This document shows, piece by piece, positions 1-11,752 of a stretch of DNA of 64,000 nt. A program made the position numbers and the translations under genes. A model generated the notes under the pieces. The model made no database searches. It worked only from the letters and a program-made list of their open reading frames with translations, and had not been told where the DNA came from. Position 1 is the stretch's first letter; each line of letters starts with the position of its first letter. The stretch covers positions 92,993,114 through 93,057,113 of the forward strand of contig NC_068981.1 in the NCBI RefSeq assembly GCF_001194135.2. Direction: 5' to 3'. The stretch is from Octopus bimaculoides. Its lineage: Eukaryota.

Positions 1-112
1 AAAACGGGGGTAGCTGATGAAGGAAAATGTTCTCTATGTGGCTTGTGTGTTTTCTGTACTCTGGTTATTATTATTTCTTGTCTACATTTTGTTTGCAATG
101 TCCTGTACCCAG
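1..112 (+). repeat. 3' part of unclassified interspersed repeat (local family X), cut by the window edge
   Basis: Contains gctgatgaagg and ends gtcctgtaccca; both motifs recur in copies at ~590-975 (-) and ~25110-25415 (+). Confidence 0.5.
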
Positions 113-589
113 ATATGTACCTATATATACAGGTAGACGTAGGTATGCACACACCTGTACGTATATATGCATATACTCATTTATTATTTGGAATGAGGAG
201 AAAAAGCACAAAATGAGCCACTACATCAGAATGGGGTGTCAGTGTATTTGTTGACTGAAAGCTTTTCAGGGCGTTCAAAAATCACATAACCCCCACCCCC
301 AATTTTCCATGACAGCTTAGGGCCTGAAATACTCCAAACGGACGCATAGCATGTTGCTTAGTCAAATTAGCTCATCATTTCCTCCACATATGCTTTGTTG
401 TCAATGCTGCACTTTCTCATATCACCTATTTCAACATAACTGTGATATGTTATATATTAACTATGCCATTTTAATCCCGAACAACGCCGGGTATCTCTAC
501 TAGTATATATGTATAAACTTGATAATGGATGCGTGGCGTCCAATTAAATAATGAATAGTAAATAATATATATATATACATGCATTTATG

Positions 590-1269
590 TGTAGAGGACG
601 TCACCGACGGTTCAAACAGCATGAAATAGTAAACAACGAGAAAATGGAAAACAAAACAAGTAAACACAGAGAGGAAACCCTTCATCAGTTGTCGGCTGTC
701 TATCTGCTCCTCTTTTCGAGCATTCAACGACAATATGAGTCGTCAAAGCCAGTTGCTCCCATAAAATCTACAATAAAATTTAGGAGTTATAGAGGGTCAA
801 AGTTGGGGACAAAAGTATCAGAGTGGAGACGTACAAGGAAACCGAACGAAAACAAACGAGAGGAAAATGGTAAATGCAATGAGACACATTTTTTGAAAAG
901 GGAAAAGATAGAAGGGAGATGATAAACGTCCGCTCTTTTGAACGACTGTGCAGGTAAAGAAAGATGGTCACGTGATCAGTGACCATCGTCCATCTTTCCT
1001 TTCCTCACGTTACCAACTTTCTTTTCCTGCACGGAGTCTCAAAAGGGCGGACGAGTTTTTCCTCTCTCTTCTGTCTTTTCTCACAGTGATCACTGTTTTC
1101 CTCTCGTTCTGGTCTAACGACCCTCCATATTTGTTTTCGTTCGATTTCCTTGTATGTCTCCATAGTCATGTTTTTGTTTTCAACTTTGAACCGCCATAAA
1201 TCCTAAATTTTATTTTAGAATTTATGGGTGCAACTGTCTTTGAAGACTCATATTGTCGTTGAATGAACG
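590..1269. mobile_element. Head-to-head inverted pair of family X copies (foldback-like), right arm runs into a gap
   Basis: 718-975 aligns to the reverse complement of ~1007-1268, e.g. cattcaacgacaatatgagtc at ~720 and its complement at ~1245-1265. The arms are visibly diverged. Confidence 0.65.
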
Positions 1270-1527
1270 NNNNNNNNNNNNNNNNNNNNNNNNNNNNNNN
1301 NNNNNNNNNNNNNNNNNNNNNNNNNNNNNNNNNNNNNNNNNNNNNNNNNNNNNNNNNNNNNNNNNNNNNNNNNNNNNNNNNNNNNNNNNNNNNNNNNNNN
1401 NNNNNNNNNNNNNNNNNNNNNNNNNNNNNNNNNNNNNNNNNNNNNNNNNNNNNNNNNNNNNNNNNNNNNNNNNNNNNNNNNNNNNNNNNNNNNNNNNNNN
1501 NNNNNNNNNNNNNNNNNNNNNNNNNNN

Positions 1528-1568
<41 letters not shown>

Positions 1569-2291
1569 CACAAACTCAAAGCTACATACTTTTATACAAC
1601 TATCACCATTACTTAAACATGACAATTACAATATTGTTTGGCACGTTTATCATGTTCATCTACAACAAGGAGATGCTGTAATATATTGCATCGCATAAAA
1701 AAATATTAAACAAACATTCGTCGACAAAAAAATATAGAATTTATAGATTTCCCTATAGAGATAATCTATTGGTTGTGCTACCATTACTCATATTGGAACC
1801 CAAGGCCTACATATTGTTGTATCATTACTCATACTGGAATGCAGTCTACAAATGTCACAACCAAATTAAGACGTTACAGATGACATGTATTTTTGTAAAT
1901 GTCAAATTACGATTAATGTCATAAAGTTCAACTTGATAACGCCATATTCGAACATTCTATCCGTCAAATTCTGGCTGCAGCATTTGAACAAACAATGTTT
2001 AGGGTGTAGGTTTTACCTTGGGATAAGCCCCGTAGTTTTTTTTATCTTTTTTTCTTTTTCTCTTGCACTACTGTAGGCCGCATCACACCATATACTACAA
2101 ATGAGTTTAAGATCCTTATGAAACATGCAGAAAAAGGAGTTTGCAAATTTGATTGTTTCAAACATATCAAAAGGATCTTATACACATATACGAATACACC
2201 ATGATAAAAAAATGGCTTAATTGGAACATGCTCATGTTTTCATAGTTTGAAGTGTATATATACACACATGCGCGCACATATATATACATAC

Positions 2292-2472
2292 TGCCTCAGG
2301 GTCGACAAGAGCCTTGTGAGTGGTTTTGGTAGACGGAGATTGAAAGAAGTCCGCTGTATATTCATGTATCTATGTGTGTCTGTGTTTTTTATGTCTGCGT
2401 TTGTCCAACCCAGGTCCCAACTCCACCGCTTGACAACCGTTGTTGGTGTATTCACTTGCCTGTAACTTAGCA
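2292..2472 (+). mobile_element. SINE family B (local label), internal fragment
   Basis: gccttgtgagtggttttggtagacggagattgaaagaagtccg...cgcttgacaaccgttgttggtgt...gtaacttag, shared with the other B copies. Confidence 0.8.
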
Positions 2473-2798
2473 CGACTAAGTTGAAGGTAGATTTACTTCT
2501 GCTTTCATAGAACGTAAAGAAATCGGTGTTGCAGGATTGTATACTGCACGTGTACTGCAGTGGTACTATGCGTAGCTTAAATAAAGAGATTGAAAGGCAG
2601 GGGCGAATTATGCCTACCTAATCTACAGATAAATAAACTATTTTGCATTTTATGCACAGTAATCAGAGTAACCTTCACAATTTTATTGAATTAGGTGCAT
2701 ATTTTGCCCTAAAAGGGAAATGTTGCTTTCGATCTATTTTATTCAAGGTAGGCAGTACCTACTTTGCTTACCTAGGCGGCCACATCCCTAATATATTT

Positions 2799-2832
<34 letters not shown>

Positions 2833-4109
2833 NNNNNNNNNNNNNNNNNNNNNNNNNNNNNNNNNNNNNNNNNNNNNNNNNNNNNNNNNNNNNNNNNNNN
2901 NNNNNNNNNNNNNNNNNNNNNNNNNNNNNNNNNNNNNNNNNNNNNNNNNNNNNNNNNNNNNNNNNNNNNNNNNNNNNNNNNNNNNNNNNNNNNNNNNNNN
3001 NNNNNNNNNNNNNNNNNNNNNNNNNNNNNNNNNNNNNNNNNNNNNNNNNNNNNNNNNNNNNNAAAAACAGTGATACATTTATTTGAAATGCATCAAGGTA
3101 GAGAACAGAAGAAAAGAAATTTTACGACTGAAGTAACTTGGATGAACACATTTTAAACAACAAAAGTGTCCTACAGATCGAAACGTTGACAAAACAAAAA
3201 AAAAACGAAGTAAATTCGATACAGAAATTCATCAAGTCCCAAATTTAGTTTTTACTAAAACAGAAGCGTTGGCAACATACAACAAAATGTAATCAATTCA
3301 AGTTATGCCAAGTTTAGATATATCTACTGAAATTGGCTCAAACTTTACGCTATAGATTTTATTCGAAAATATTTGAAAAAATTGAAATATAGTAAAAGCT
3401 TTAAGACAAAATTGTCGATTTAATATTTTTAATAATGGAAATCTGAAATGTGAACTAAGTCATCAGTCAATGTTATGACTAATGATTTAGTTTTAGTATG
3501 GAACTTGTGCTAGATGGAGAGGGGGCAAAAATAAATCTATAAAATTCACTGCATCTTAACAAAAAGTCGAATAAAAATTTTATATTTCCACGCACCATTC
3601 TAAATTAATACATATTTTAAAGTTATATCTTCCCTTCGAGTACTTCCCTAATCAACTAACTTTTTTATTTAATTACCATAACACTAATAACACTTTTGTT
3701 TTAATTTCTATTCTTGTTATAATCAAATAAACTTTCATAAATTTTCTCTCTCTACCACATTCTCTGTAGGTATATTTTAATTTTTTTTTTTTTTTTTTGC
3801 TGGCCTTTAACCCTCCACTTATAATTGAATTCAGTTATTGATCGACTAAATTTAAATTATTAGTTATTTAGCTATATTTCCATTGTTACTTCATCAAAAA
3901 TATTTAATCTACGCTTCTAAAAGACTCTGTACCTCTTGGCATAATGTACGTTACCTAAATACTTAAAACTTTAATACATACACATGCATAGGCACACACG
4001 TATACACACACATACACACACACATACACCAGCTCCGCCACAAGGCCGATGACTGGCCTCATTATTTATACAAAACATTCCATCATATTAAAGATTTATT
4101 TAGTTAATA

Positions 4110-4325
4110 TATTGGTTTCAAATGTTGGCACATTGCCAGCAACCTCGAGAGTAGGGGCACTACATTGATTACATCGACCCCTATGCTCAAGTGGTATTTA
4201 CTTCAGCGAACTCGAAAGGATGAGGGGCCAAGTATTTCTTAGATGGTAAAAGGTGGACGAAATACCGTAATGTTGGACAAAAAGCATTTTTCCCGGCATG
4301 TTCACGAATCTACCAGCTCGCTGCC
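4110..4325 (-). mobile_element. SINE family A (local label), diverged copy
   Basis: ggtttcaaatgttggcac...gattacatcgaccc...aaaggatga...ccagctcgc matches the other A copies. Confidence 0.7.
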
Positions 4326-4562
4326 ATTACTGACCATACTAAGTACATCTTATAATTTTTTTTACCTTTTTTAATCATTTTCCACCTGTGTGGGTGTATG
4401 TGTATTTATGAGTATGTGCACATCAACTTGTATATAGATGTATGTTGTTTCGTAACACAACCAGAAACCAGACAGAAATAAAGTTTATATGAAAGGAACT
4501 ATGATACCAATAAAAGAACAACTAGAAAATCATGACGAACGACGCCATTCGATTTGTAAACG

Positions 4563-4720
4563 TCTAATTTTCAAATTTGGCACAAGTTCCATCAATATCG
4601 GAGGGGTGGGTAAGTTGATTACATGGCAGTGTTCAACTGCCATTTATTTTATCGAACTTGTATGGATTAAAGGCAAAGTCGACCTTGGCGGCATTTGAAT
4701 TCAGAACGTAGACAGACGAC
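4563..4720 (-). mobile_element. SINE family A fragment
   Basis: aaaggcaaagtcgaccttggcggcatttgaattcagaacgta core. Confidence 0.8.
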
Positions 4721-5171
4721 TAAGTGAATATATTATCTTTCAGTATTTTGTCTAGATATTATACACAATGTGTCTTCTATATACTTCTTCATATAGTTTA
4801 CATGTTATAAATGTTCCAGTGCATTTTAAGTATAATCCACTCTTTCATCGAGATATGATACATTTACGTTAATTAATATTTGAATTTCTTCCAATTTATT
4901 TAATCTATTCTTTCTAATCTGTTTCAATTTAATTCATAATCTTCTCAAATCCCGTGAATTGTTTGCTTTATTTTATTCCAGAAGGATAGTGAGTTAATCA
5001 AATCAGGTGACCACTATAGAAAGATTCAAGCAAGGAATACGACAAATATTTGAATGAGTTTTCCGTCTTAATAAAAACAACACCCTATGCAGAATTAAAC
5101 GGAGCATATTATTTAAAGTCTGTTACACATTTACACAAGTTAACGTAGAAAGAGTGTGATTCAAGGTGAAT

Positions 5172-5386
5172 AATTTGGTTTCAAATTTTGGCTTAAGGCC
5201 AGCAATTTCGGAGAAGACAGTAAGTAGATTACATCGACCGCAGTGCTCAACTGGTATTCATATCATCCCTACCGAAAGGCTTAAAGGCAAAGTCAACCTC
5301 ATCGGCATTTTAAATCAGAACGTGTAGATCAGCAAAATGCAGCTAATCATTTTGCCCAGCATGCTAACAATTCTGCCAGCTTGCCA
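5172..5386 (-). mobile_element. SINE family A, near full length
   Basis: Runs from ggtttcaaattttggc to gctaacaattctgccagcttgcc. Confidence 0.8.
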
Positions 5387-5805
5387 AGTTGACTAAGTAA
5401 ATGGTTTGGAAAAATCAAATTTATGAATTTTTTTTTTTAATATTGGCGACGGCATGGCGTTCGCAAAACAGGTTCGTAATATTTAGTGTGCAACGAACGT
5501 AGCTTAGAATAACATTTCACAGGATTTTACTAACGTAATAACGTATTCGAAGACTAGTGAGTAAATATTAATACAGTGACACAAAAATACATTTATACAT
5601 ATNNNNNNNNNNNNNNNNNNNNNNNNNNNNNNNNNNNNNNNNNNNNNNNNNNNNNNNNNNNNNNNNNNNNNNNNNNNNNNNNNNNNNNNNNNNNTATATA
5701 TACACACATTTATGTATACATGTGTATATATATATGTATGTACATGCATATATATATGTGTGTATACATATGTTCATGTATATGTATAAATATATACGCA
5801 CGTAT

Positions 5806-5848
<43 letters not shown>

Positions 5849-5886
5849 TAGATAGATAGATATAGATATATAATTATATACAAACA

Positions 5887-6011
5887 TAGGCAATATTAAA
5901 TCTCTGAGCGAGAGCACTATCCTTTATTAGACGCCCCACTCGGTTGGCAATTATGTGTTACGATTCCATATTGCTACTGTTTATATCTCGCTCAGAGATT
6001 TAATATACCTC
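5887..6011. mobile_element. Small MITE-like element with 21-bp perfect inverted repeats
   Basis: atattaaatctctgagcgaga (5893-5913) is the exact reverse complement of 5986-6006. Confidence 0.55.
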
Positions 6012-6308
6012 ATTTCTTCTTTTTCGAGATGAGCGTTAGTTTGTCGCTGGAAAAAGCATGTAGTATTTTGCGAGTAGAATGAGTTTTCATCATTAGCTGG
6101 TGATTAATACACGCTGAGGACAGGTTACCGCCCAGAAACTCCATTCCGTGCGTATCACGTAAGGCTCGAGATGGGAGCGATGACCTCCCCTCGCAAATAC
6201 TAATCGGACACAGAATGTGTGTCGTTAGGCAGCGGGAAGAGATGTCTTCCGGGGGCTAAAAAAAACGCCAGTAGCACTATCCTTTGTAGGACGCCACATT
6301 TGGTTGGC

Positions 6309-6355
<47 letters not shown>

Positions 6356-6357
6356 GT

Positions 6358-6686
6358 GAAGGCGCATGGTTCAGTGGTTAGGGTGTCGAGCTTAGGATCG
6401 CGTGGTTGTGAGTTCGAATCCCGGATCGGGCTGCGTGTTGTGTTCTTGAGCAAGATACTTTGTTTCACGTTGCTCCAGTTCACTCAGCTGTAGAAATGAG
6501 TTGCGACGTCACAGGTGCCAAGCTGTATCTGCCTTTCCCTTGGATAACACTGGTGGCGTGGAGAGGTGAGACCGGTATGCATGGGCGACCGTTGATCTTT
6601 CATAAACAACCGTGCCCGGACTTGTGCCTCGGTGGGCAACTTTCTAGGCGGAATCTCATGGTCAGTCATGACCGAAGGGTGTCTCA
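6358..6686 (+). mobile_element. tRNA-derived SINE family D (CORE-like central region), full length
   Basis: Pol III A box TGGTTCAGTGG 6367-6377 and B box GTTCGAATCC 6412-6421, followed by ttcttgagcaagatactt...ctcagctgtagaaatgag. Confidence 0.85.
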
Positions 6687-6699
6687 TTATATATATATA

Positions 6700-6990
6700 T
6701 ATATGGTGGTTGTCTACTCCTTAAACAGAGTTTGACCACCTCCTGCACCTACACCTTAGCCCTTTCATGGCGTCTGATGTGGCTTTTTAAACCAGACAGT
6801 GTTTTGAAAAAACACCCACACAGATTGCACCTCTGATTTGCACTACCAATACCTGCAAGTAAGTTCTGCTCATTGTGGATCCTAACATGTCTTTTAAGAC
6901 CCCCATTGGATTTGCAAACCCTCTGGCACACACCACATTCAAACGTGTGCACAGACATATAATCAGAATAGCTGGATGAGGTTTGTTTTC
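6700..6990 (-). mobile_element. 5'-truncated LINE-type 3' end encoding two C2H2 zinc fingers
   Basis: ORF 6749-6958(-) has CGVC-x12-HVRIH and CNLC-x12-HIRRH, no TGEKP linker, then a stop, ~50 nt 3'UTR and a (TA)n tail. Confidence 0.65.
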
Positions 6991-8009
6991 CATGGTGATA
7001 TTCATATATTTATATGCATACTTATCCAGATATTTCTGGATATCGGATATCGGTCGTTACAGTCACGATCCCAACATCGTGATTTGGATTCCCGAACCGG
7101 GAGCACCTCGTCATCTGATGCGAGCACAATTTAATGTGTGTGTGCGTGAATATGAAATAATAGACTGCTATTTTTTATAGACATCTCATATAACACAGTT
7201 GCTGCACACAGTGCGAGTAGGTAAGCATGCGTTCGCGTCAGGGCAATCATTTAAATCTTCCTACTTCAGTTGTTATTTGTGGTTGAAAGATAATTTATTA
7301 TTCACGAAGCAATTCTTTTTCATATATGAAAGCAATTAAACCAGAAAGTGTTTTAGATATATTGTAAATAATTTAAAATGCTAATTTGGAAACTTTAGCG
7401 GTGTTTATCGGAGGTCTTAAAATTATTCATATTCGCTGAATTCTCTAGTGTTTTGAAGAACGTCATCTGCGTGTGTGGAAGCTGAAAAAGGAAATTATAT
7501 CAAATAAAAATTCCTAATGAGACATTAGGATCAAGCGGTCTCCCACATTTCTCAAATTATAACATCATTTTAATATTTCCTTGATAATATCGGTAGCTCA
7601 TTTAACAGAATCATGTTTAATGATATGTCTGCTGTTATCTAGGCGTCAGCTTCCGGGAAGTGATTAAATTTGACACTTGCCAACTGTTATCCGACAGTCG
7701 TTTATAGTAAACGAGCTAACAAAACACATCCTTCTAAGTTGTTTTCAGTTTATTTAGCAGTGAAGCACGAACGATGGTCATGTTCCGTAATGCTTGAGTA
7801 AAAATAAATATAATATATGTGCGTAGGAAATTAGTTTCTAATTAAGCTGGGAAATATATCAATGTGTTCTAATGTAGGAACGGTTATGTTTTTTATTTAA
7901 TCATGCATGTATGTATATGTGTGTCGGCATATGTGTGTGTAATCGTGATTCTCATTTATGTGAATGTAGTGTATAACTTTGAAAATCGTTAAAGCTAGCA
8001 TCAATAAAT

Positions 8010-8445
8010 CTTTGTAATTTTGGCACAAGGGCAGTAATTTTGAGGTGGAAACAGACTATATCGATTCCACTGCTCGATTGGTATTTATTTTATCGACTCC
8101 AACAGAATAAAATCAATGTCGATTTCGGCGGTATTTTAACTCGGAACGTACAGAGCAGGAAGAAATGCCGTTAAGCATTTTGCACGGTGTCGTGACGATT
8201 CTGACAGCTTGCTACCTTACTTGCATCTCATGTATTGGTTTCAAACATTGTCAAAAGGCTAGCAATTTCAGGACAGAGAGAGAGAGAGCAAGTCGACCCC
8301 AGCACTCAGCGGGTACTTATTTTATCAATTCCAAAAAGATTAAAGTCGACTTTTTCAGAATTTAAACTCAGAATGTAAAGACGGATGAAATGCAACTAAG
8401 CATTTTGGCCGGCATAACAACGATTCTATGACCTCGACGCCTTCC
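8010..8445 (-). mobile_element. Two tandem SINE family A copies (~8010-8215 and ~8233-8445)
   Basis: Each has the ttggcacaagg/ggtttcaaac, ttttatc, gtcga..tcggc, aactc.gaa and gc.attttg motifs. Confidence 0.8.
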
Positions 8446-9789
8446 TAGCACCACAAATATTAATGGTGATTACAGCGCAGGTTCTATACCTCAGAAAAGG
8501 AATTTATGTTATTTCAAGACTTGCTAAAAAAAAGTCATAGGCAACTTGCGGTCAGCGAGACATTCTAAATGACAAGCCTAACGAAGAATCACATCTTAAC
8601 TTATATTTTAGCATTGCGCCTTGCCTTATAGAGATGTCATGTCTCCTGCCAGCCGCCTCTTTTAGAAGTTGATTGCGCCTGTGCTAAACATTCATAAGAC
8701 TCCTTTTCGTACTTATTGAGCCTTTGTCAGCGAAATATTGTTCAAAGCCTATGAGTAGTGGTACTGCAATCTTATCTTGACAAGGTTTCTACAAAACTTG
8801 TAACTAATCAAGTTTTTCCAAATACCACCCACAATATCTAAAAATATTAGGAAACAGTATTGGTAAACTCCTATATAATGCGTCCGTCGTTGGGGACTTC
8901 TTTAACTGTAGTGCAAATAATTAAAATGCTTGTGTTTCAGTGTTCGAATACATTCTGTAGAATCCTACCAAAGAAATTATATATAAGAAAACAGAAACAA
9001 AATAATATATAATATCGCTGATTGATCGTTCTAAAGTTTTCAGGACTTATATCAGCTTTAGACATATGTCAAACATACGTTACATAACTTCAGGATAGTT
9101 ATATTTTATCAAATTGCTGTTTCGAAGGCTAGTATTAACAGACGAAATTTTCAAGTGGGTACACGCAATAATATATTTTTCTATGAAATTGCTACAAAAA
9201 TAATAACTCTACTCTCTGACTTATGTGTTGTTCTAAAGTCTATGAGATATCAGTTGTGCATGAACGCGGCAAAAGTCTATATACCTCTTAGTAAAAAGCA
9301 GTCGTTTCAAGAGAAAATTATCTATTCTCGAAAATATATACGTATTTGAGGCAAGCAACATAAGAAGCAACATTGTAAATATCACGTTGGACTTAGATTC
9401 GGAACTATACTCTCCTTACCATAAATCAAATAAGTGTCTCCACTACGTCCATAGGCTGGTTAGTCACACTCAGTACATTACTGATGTCTTAGTTAAAATA
9501 TATTAATTAGTGTATCTCATTTTTGTGAATCATAAGATAATCTTGAATGATAACGAAAGTTGTTATAAGAAAATTCTAAAAATAGAAGGATATAGCGATA
9601 TTATTTGATTTCTCGTTGATAACAACATTAGGAAAACCGTTCAGGAATCTAGAAGCAATAAGGTTACAATCGTTAACTTTATGGGGACTCCAGGACGATA
9701 ACATATCTTGTTGTAGGTCTGTGACGTAGCCATATGTGAAAGACATCTTTAGGACTGTCCCAGAAGCGGTTTCCCTAAGAATACACTAG

Positions 9790-10480
9790 CCCCCAAAACT
9801 CGACGTTAAATCTACTGCTGCCAAGAGTGGTAACCTGAGAATGTGTGGATCAGCCCCGAATCCCAAGAATAACCGAGCCGGGAGAAAAGCAAGGAAGCAT
9901 GTCAAACCTTCTGAGAGTGTTAAATGTGGAGAGATAGAATAGAGGACGCACAATATGGTGTTTCGCAACATTTTCTCGTAATGTGAAAATATTCCCAGTG
10001 TTTTACTCCGACTTCTCGATTGGGCTTTTCCTCCACAACATAGATATTGTATTTTCAATATGATTACAATTACGTTGTCTCACCTTACCACACCCATAGT
10101 CACCATTATCATGGCAGACAACCTTACGGGTTACAATGTTGGATTGTCTCAGTGATCGGAGTGGATGACTCCACGGACACCTAACAAACGGATACCAACC
10201 ACCAGCAAGCCCGACATGGAGCCCGATCCAAGAAATAGAACATTTGGTGGGATAGGCGATAAGGGTAGCATACATAACGGGAGCAACCTGCCTTCCGGTA
10301 TTGTACAAAGGAAGCGGCTTTCTCACATAAATCGGCTTATCCAAATCATATGCAGAAAGTGTAATCGGCTAGTCAGTAAAAAAATTACATAGCCTACCCA
10401 CGGTTTAAAATCCTCGGGTCGCCTATCAAGATCTTTTGATCGGTGTATCCACTTACATAGATTTGGTATGCAGTGACCCG
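9790..10480 (+). mobile_element. Decayed Penelope-like element, linker plus GIY-YIG endonuclease
   Basis: RTHNMVF..LLRLLDWAFPPQHRY.IFN (~9945-10060) matches the PLE linker. LHGH(C)LTNG..YQ, KCNRLVSKK and RCIHLHRF match the PLE endonuclease C-terminus across frameshifts. Confidence 0.6.
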
Positions 10481-11233
10481 GTTACTAGAAGCTAAAGGCT
10501 CGCTTCTGGGGCGCGAATCTGACAGATATTCGTGAATAAGTTATACGGGCATTGACGTGTTGATCGCGGTAACAACAAACGGTGGTTCGCCCTAAAAGGG
10601 GCGAATTGCATAGAATCGATATGGTTTAGTAAAACTGTAGTGATTAGGAATATTAGGCCGTTTGTGTTCTTGTGGGCGTTTAAATTGTAGATGTGTTTGT
10701 GCGGTTGCTTTAATATAAGAAATTACTGGCGTTTGAATATGAGATCGTAGTTGTGGTCGTATGCTTATGAATGCGCCCAGATACGGTGATACATGACACA
10801 TTTAGATTTGGATCATGCAGTAGAAATAATACTTTTCGGCGAAGTAAAGAACATGAATGCAAATACACAAATGCATAAGAAAAGAGAATACATTTCGATG
10901 GATTTTCACGGGGTGTATTCTAGTTCTAGTTATTCGGTAGAGTGAACTGCAAAGTAATTGAATTATAGCGTAAGTTACCGGAGTATTCGACAACCACTTT
11001 TACTCTTAACCAAAACGTTACGCAGAATCTTCGCAACAATGTTTGTCGAGGTTAAACCTTTAAATTCTGTTGAGTGAAGACTGATGCTATGTATTTTTGA
11101 TACAGAGCTGTCATCTGTGCGTCTGTATAGAAGGAAAGGATCCTTGTGAGTGCCATAAGTGGGTGGTGATCAGAATATTGAGGAGTTATATGGTAAAAGT
11201 TAAGCTTACCTATGTATACGATATATATCGTAT

Positions 11234-11412
11234 CAGGACAATTATCCACTAGGACAATTCGCCCCGCCGACAACTAACCCTGAGGACAATTACCCAATCC
11301 TCATTGGTTAATTAACTCCTCTTTAATATAGTAAGAAGTTTTAAATCATCATCTATTGTCCTCAGAAGTAATCGTCCTTGGAGGTTATTGTCCATGGAAA
11401 GTAAATGTCCTA
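11234..11412. mobile_element. MITE remnant with arrays of GGACAATT subterminal repeats
   Basis: Direct copies at 11236, 11252, 11268 (degenerate) and 11284; complementary copies at ~11354, 11370, 11386 and 11403. Confidence 0.55.
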
Positions 11413-11695
11413 CACTCATAGAAACATATATGTGGCGTTCAATCAAATAATAATATAAATGATGTATATATATATTTGTGTGTGTGTGTGTGTGTGTGTG
11501 TGTATAAAAGTAATTAAGATTCAGTTGAATTAGGTACTTAAACTGAGGCACCAAGCCAGTTTGATACAGGGGAGTCTGCGTTTCTTACAAGTTGATGTAA
11601 TGTCTTCATTGATCGATTAAATGGAACCGCTTGAAACGGCCGGAATGCCTTGATACATGGACATCTTTGTTACTTATTTACTATGTATATATATA

Positions 11696-11752
<57 letters not shown>

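Noticed and set aside
14-45. CTGATGA followed by a small hairpin in family X (also ~680-695 on the minus strand)
   Set aside because: No GAAA follows the hairpin and no stem I or III can be closed, so it is not a complete hammerhead.
6361-6425. tRNA-like sequences here and at ~22770-22835 and ~44610-44671
   Set aside because: They have A/B boxes but continue into SINE bodies without a complete cloverleaf, so they are SINE heads, not tRNA genes.
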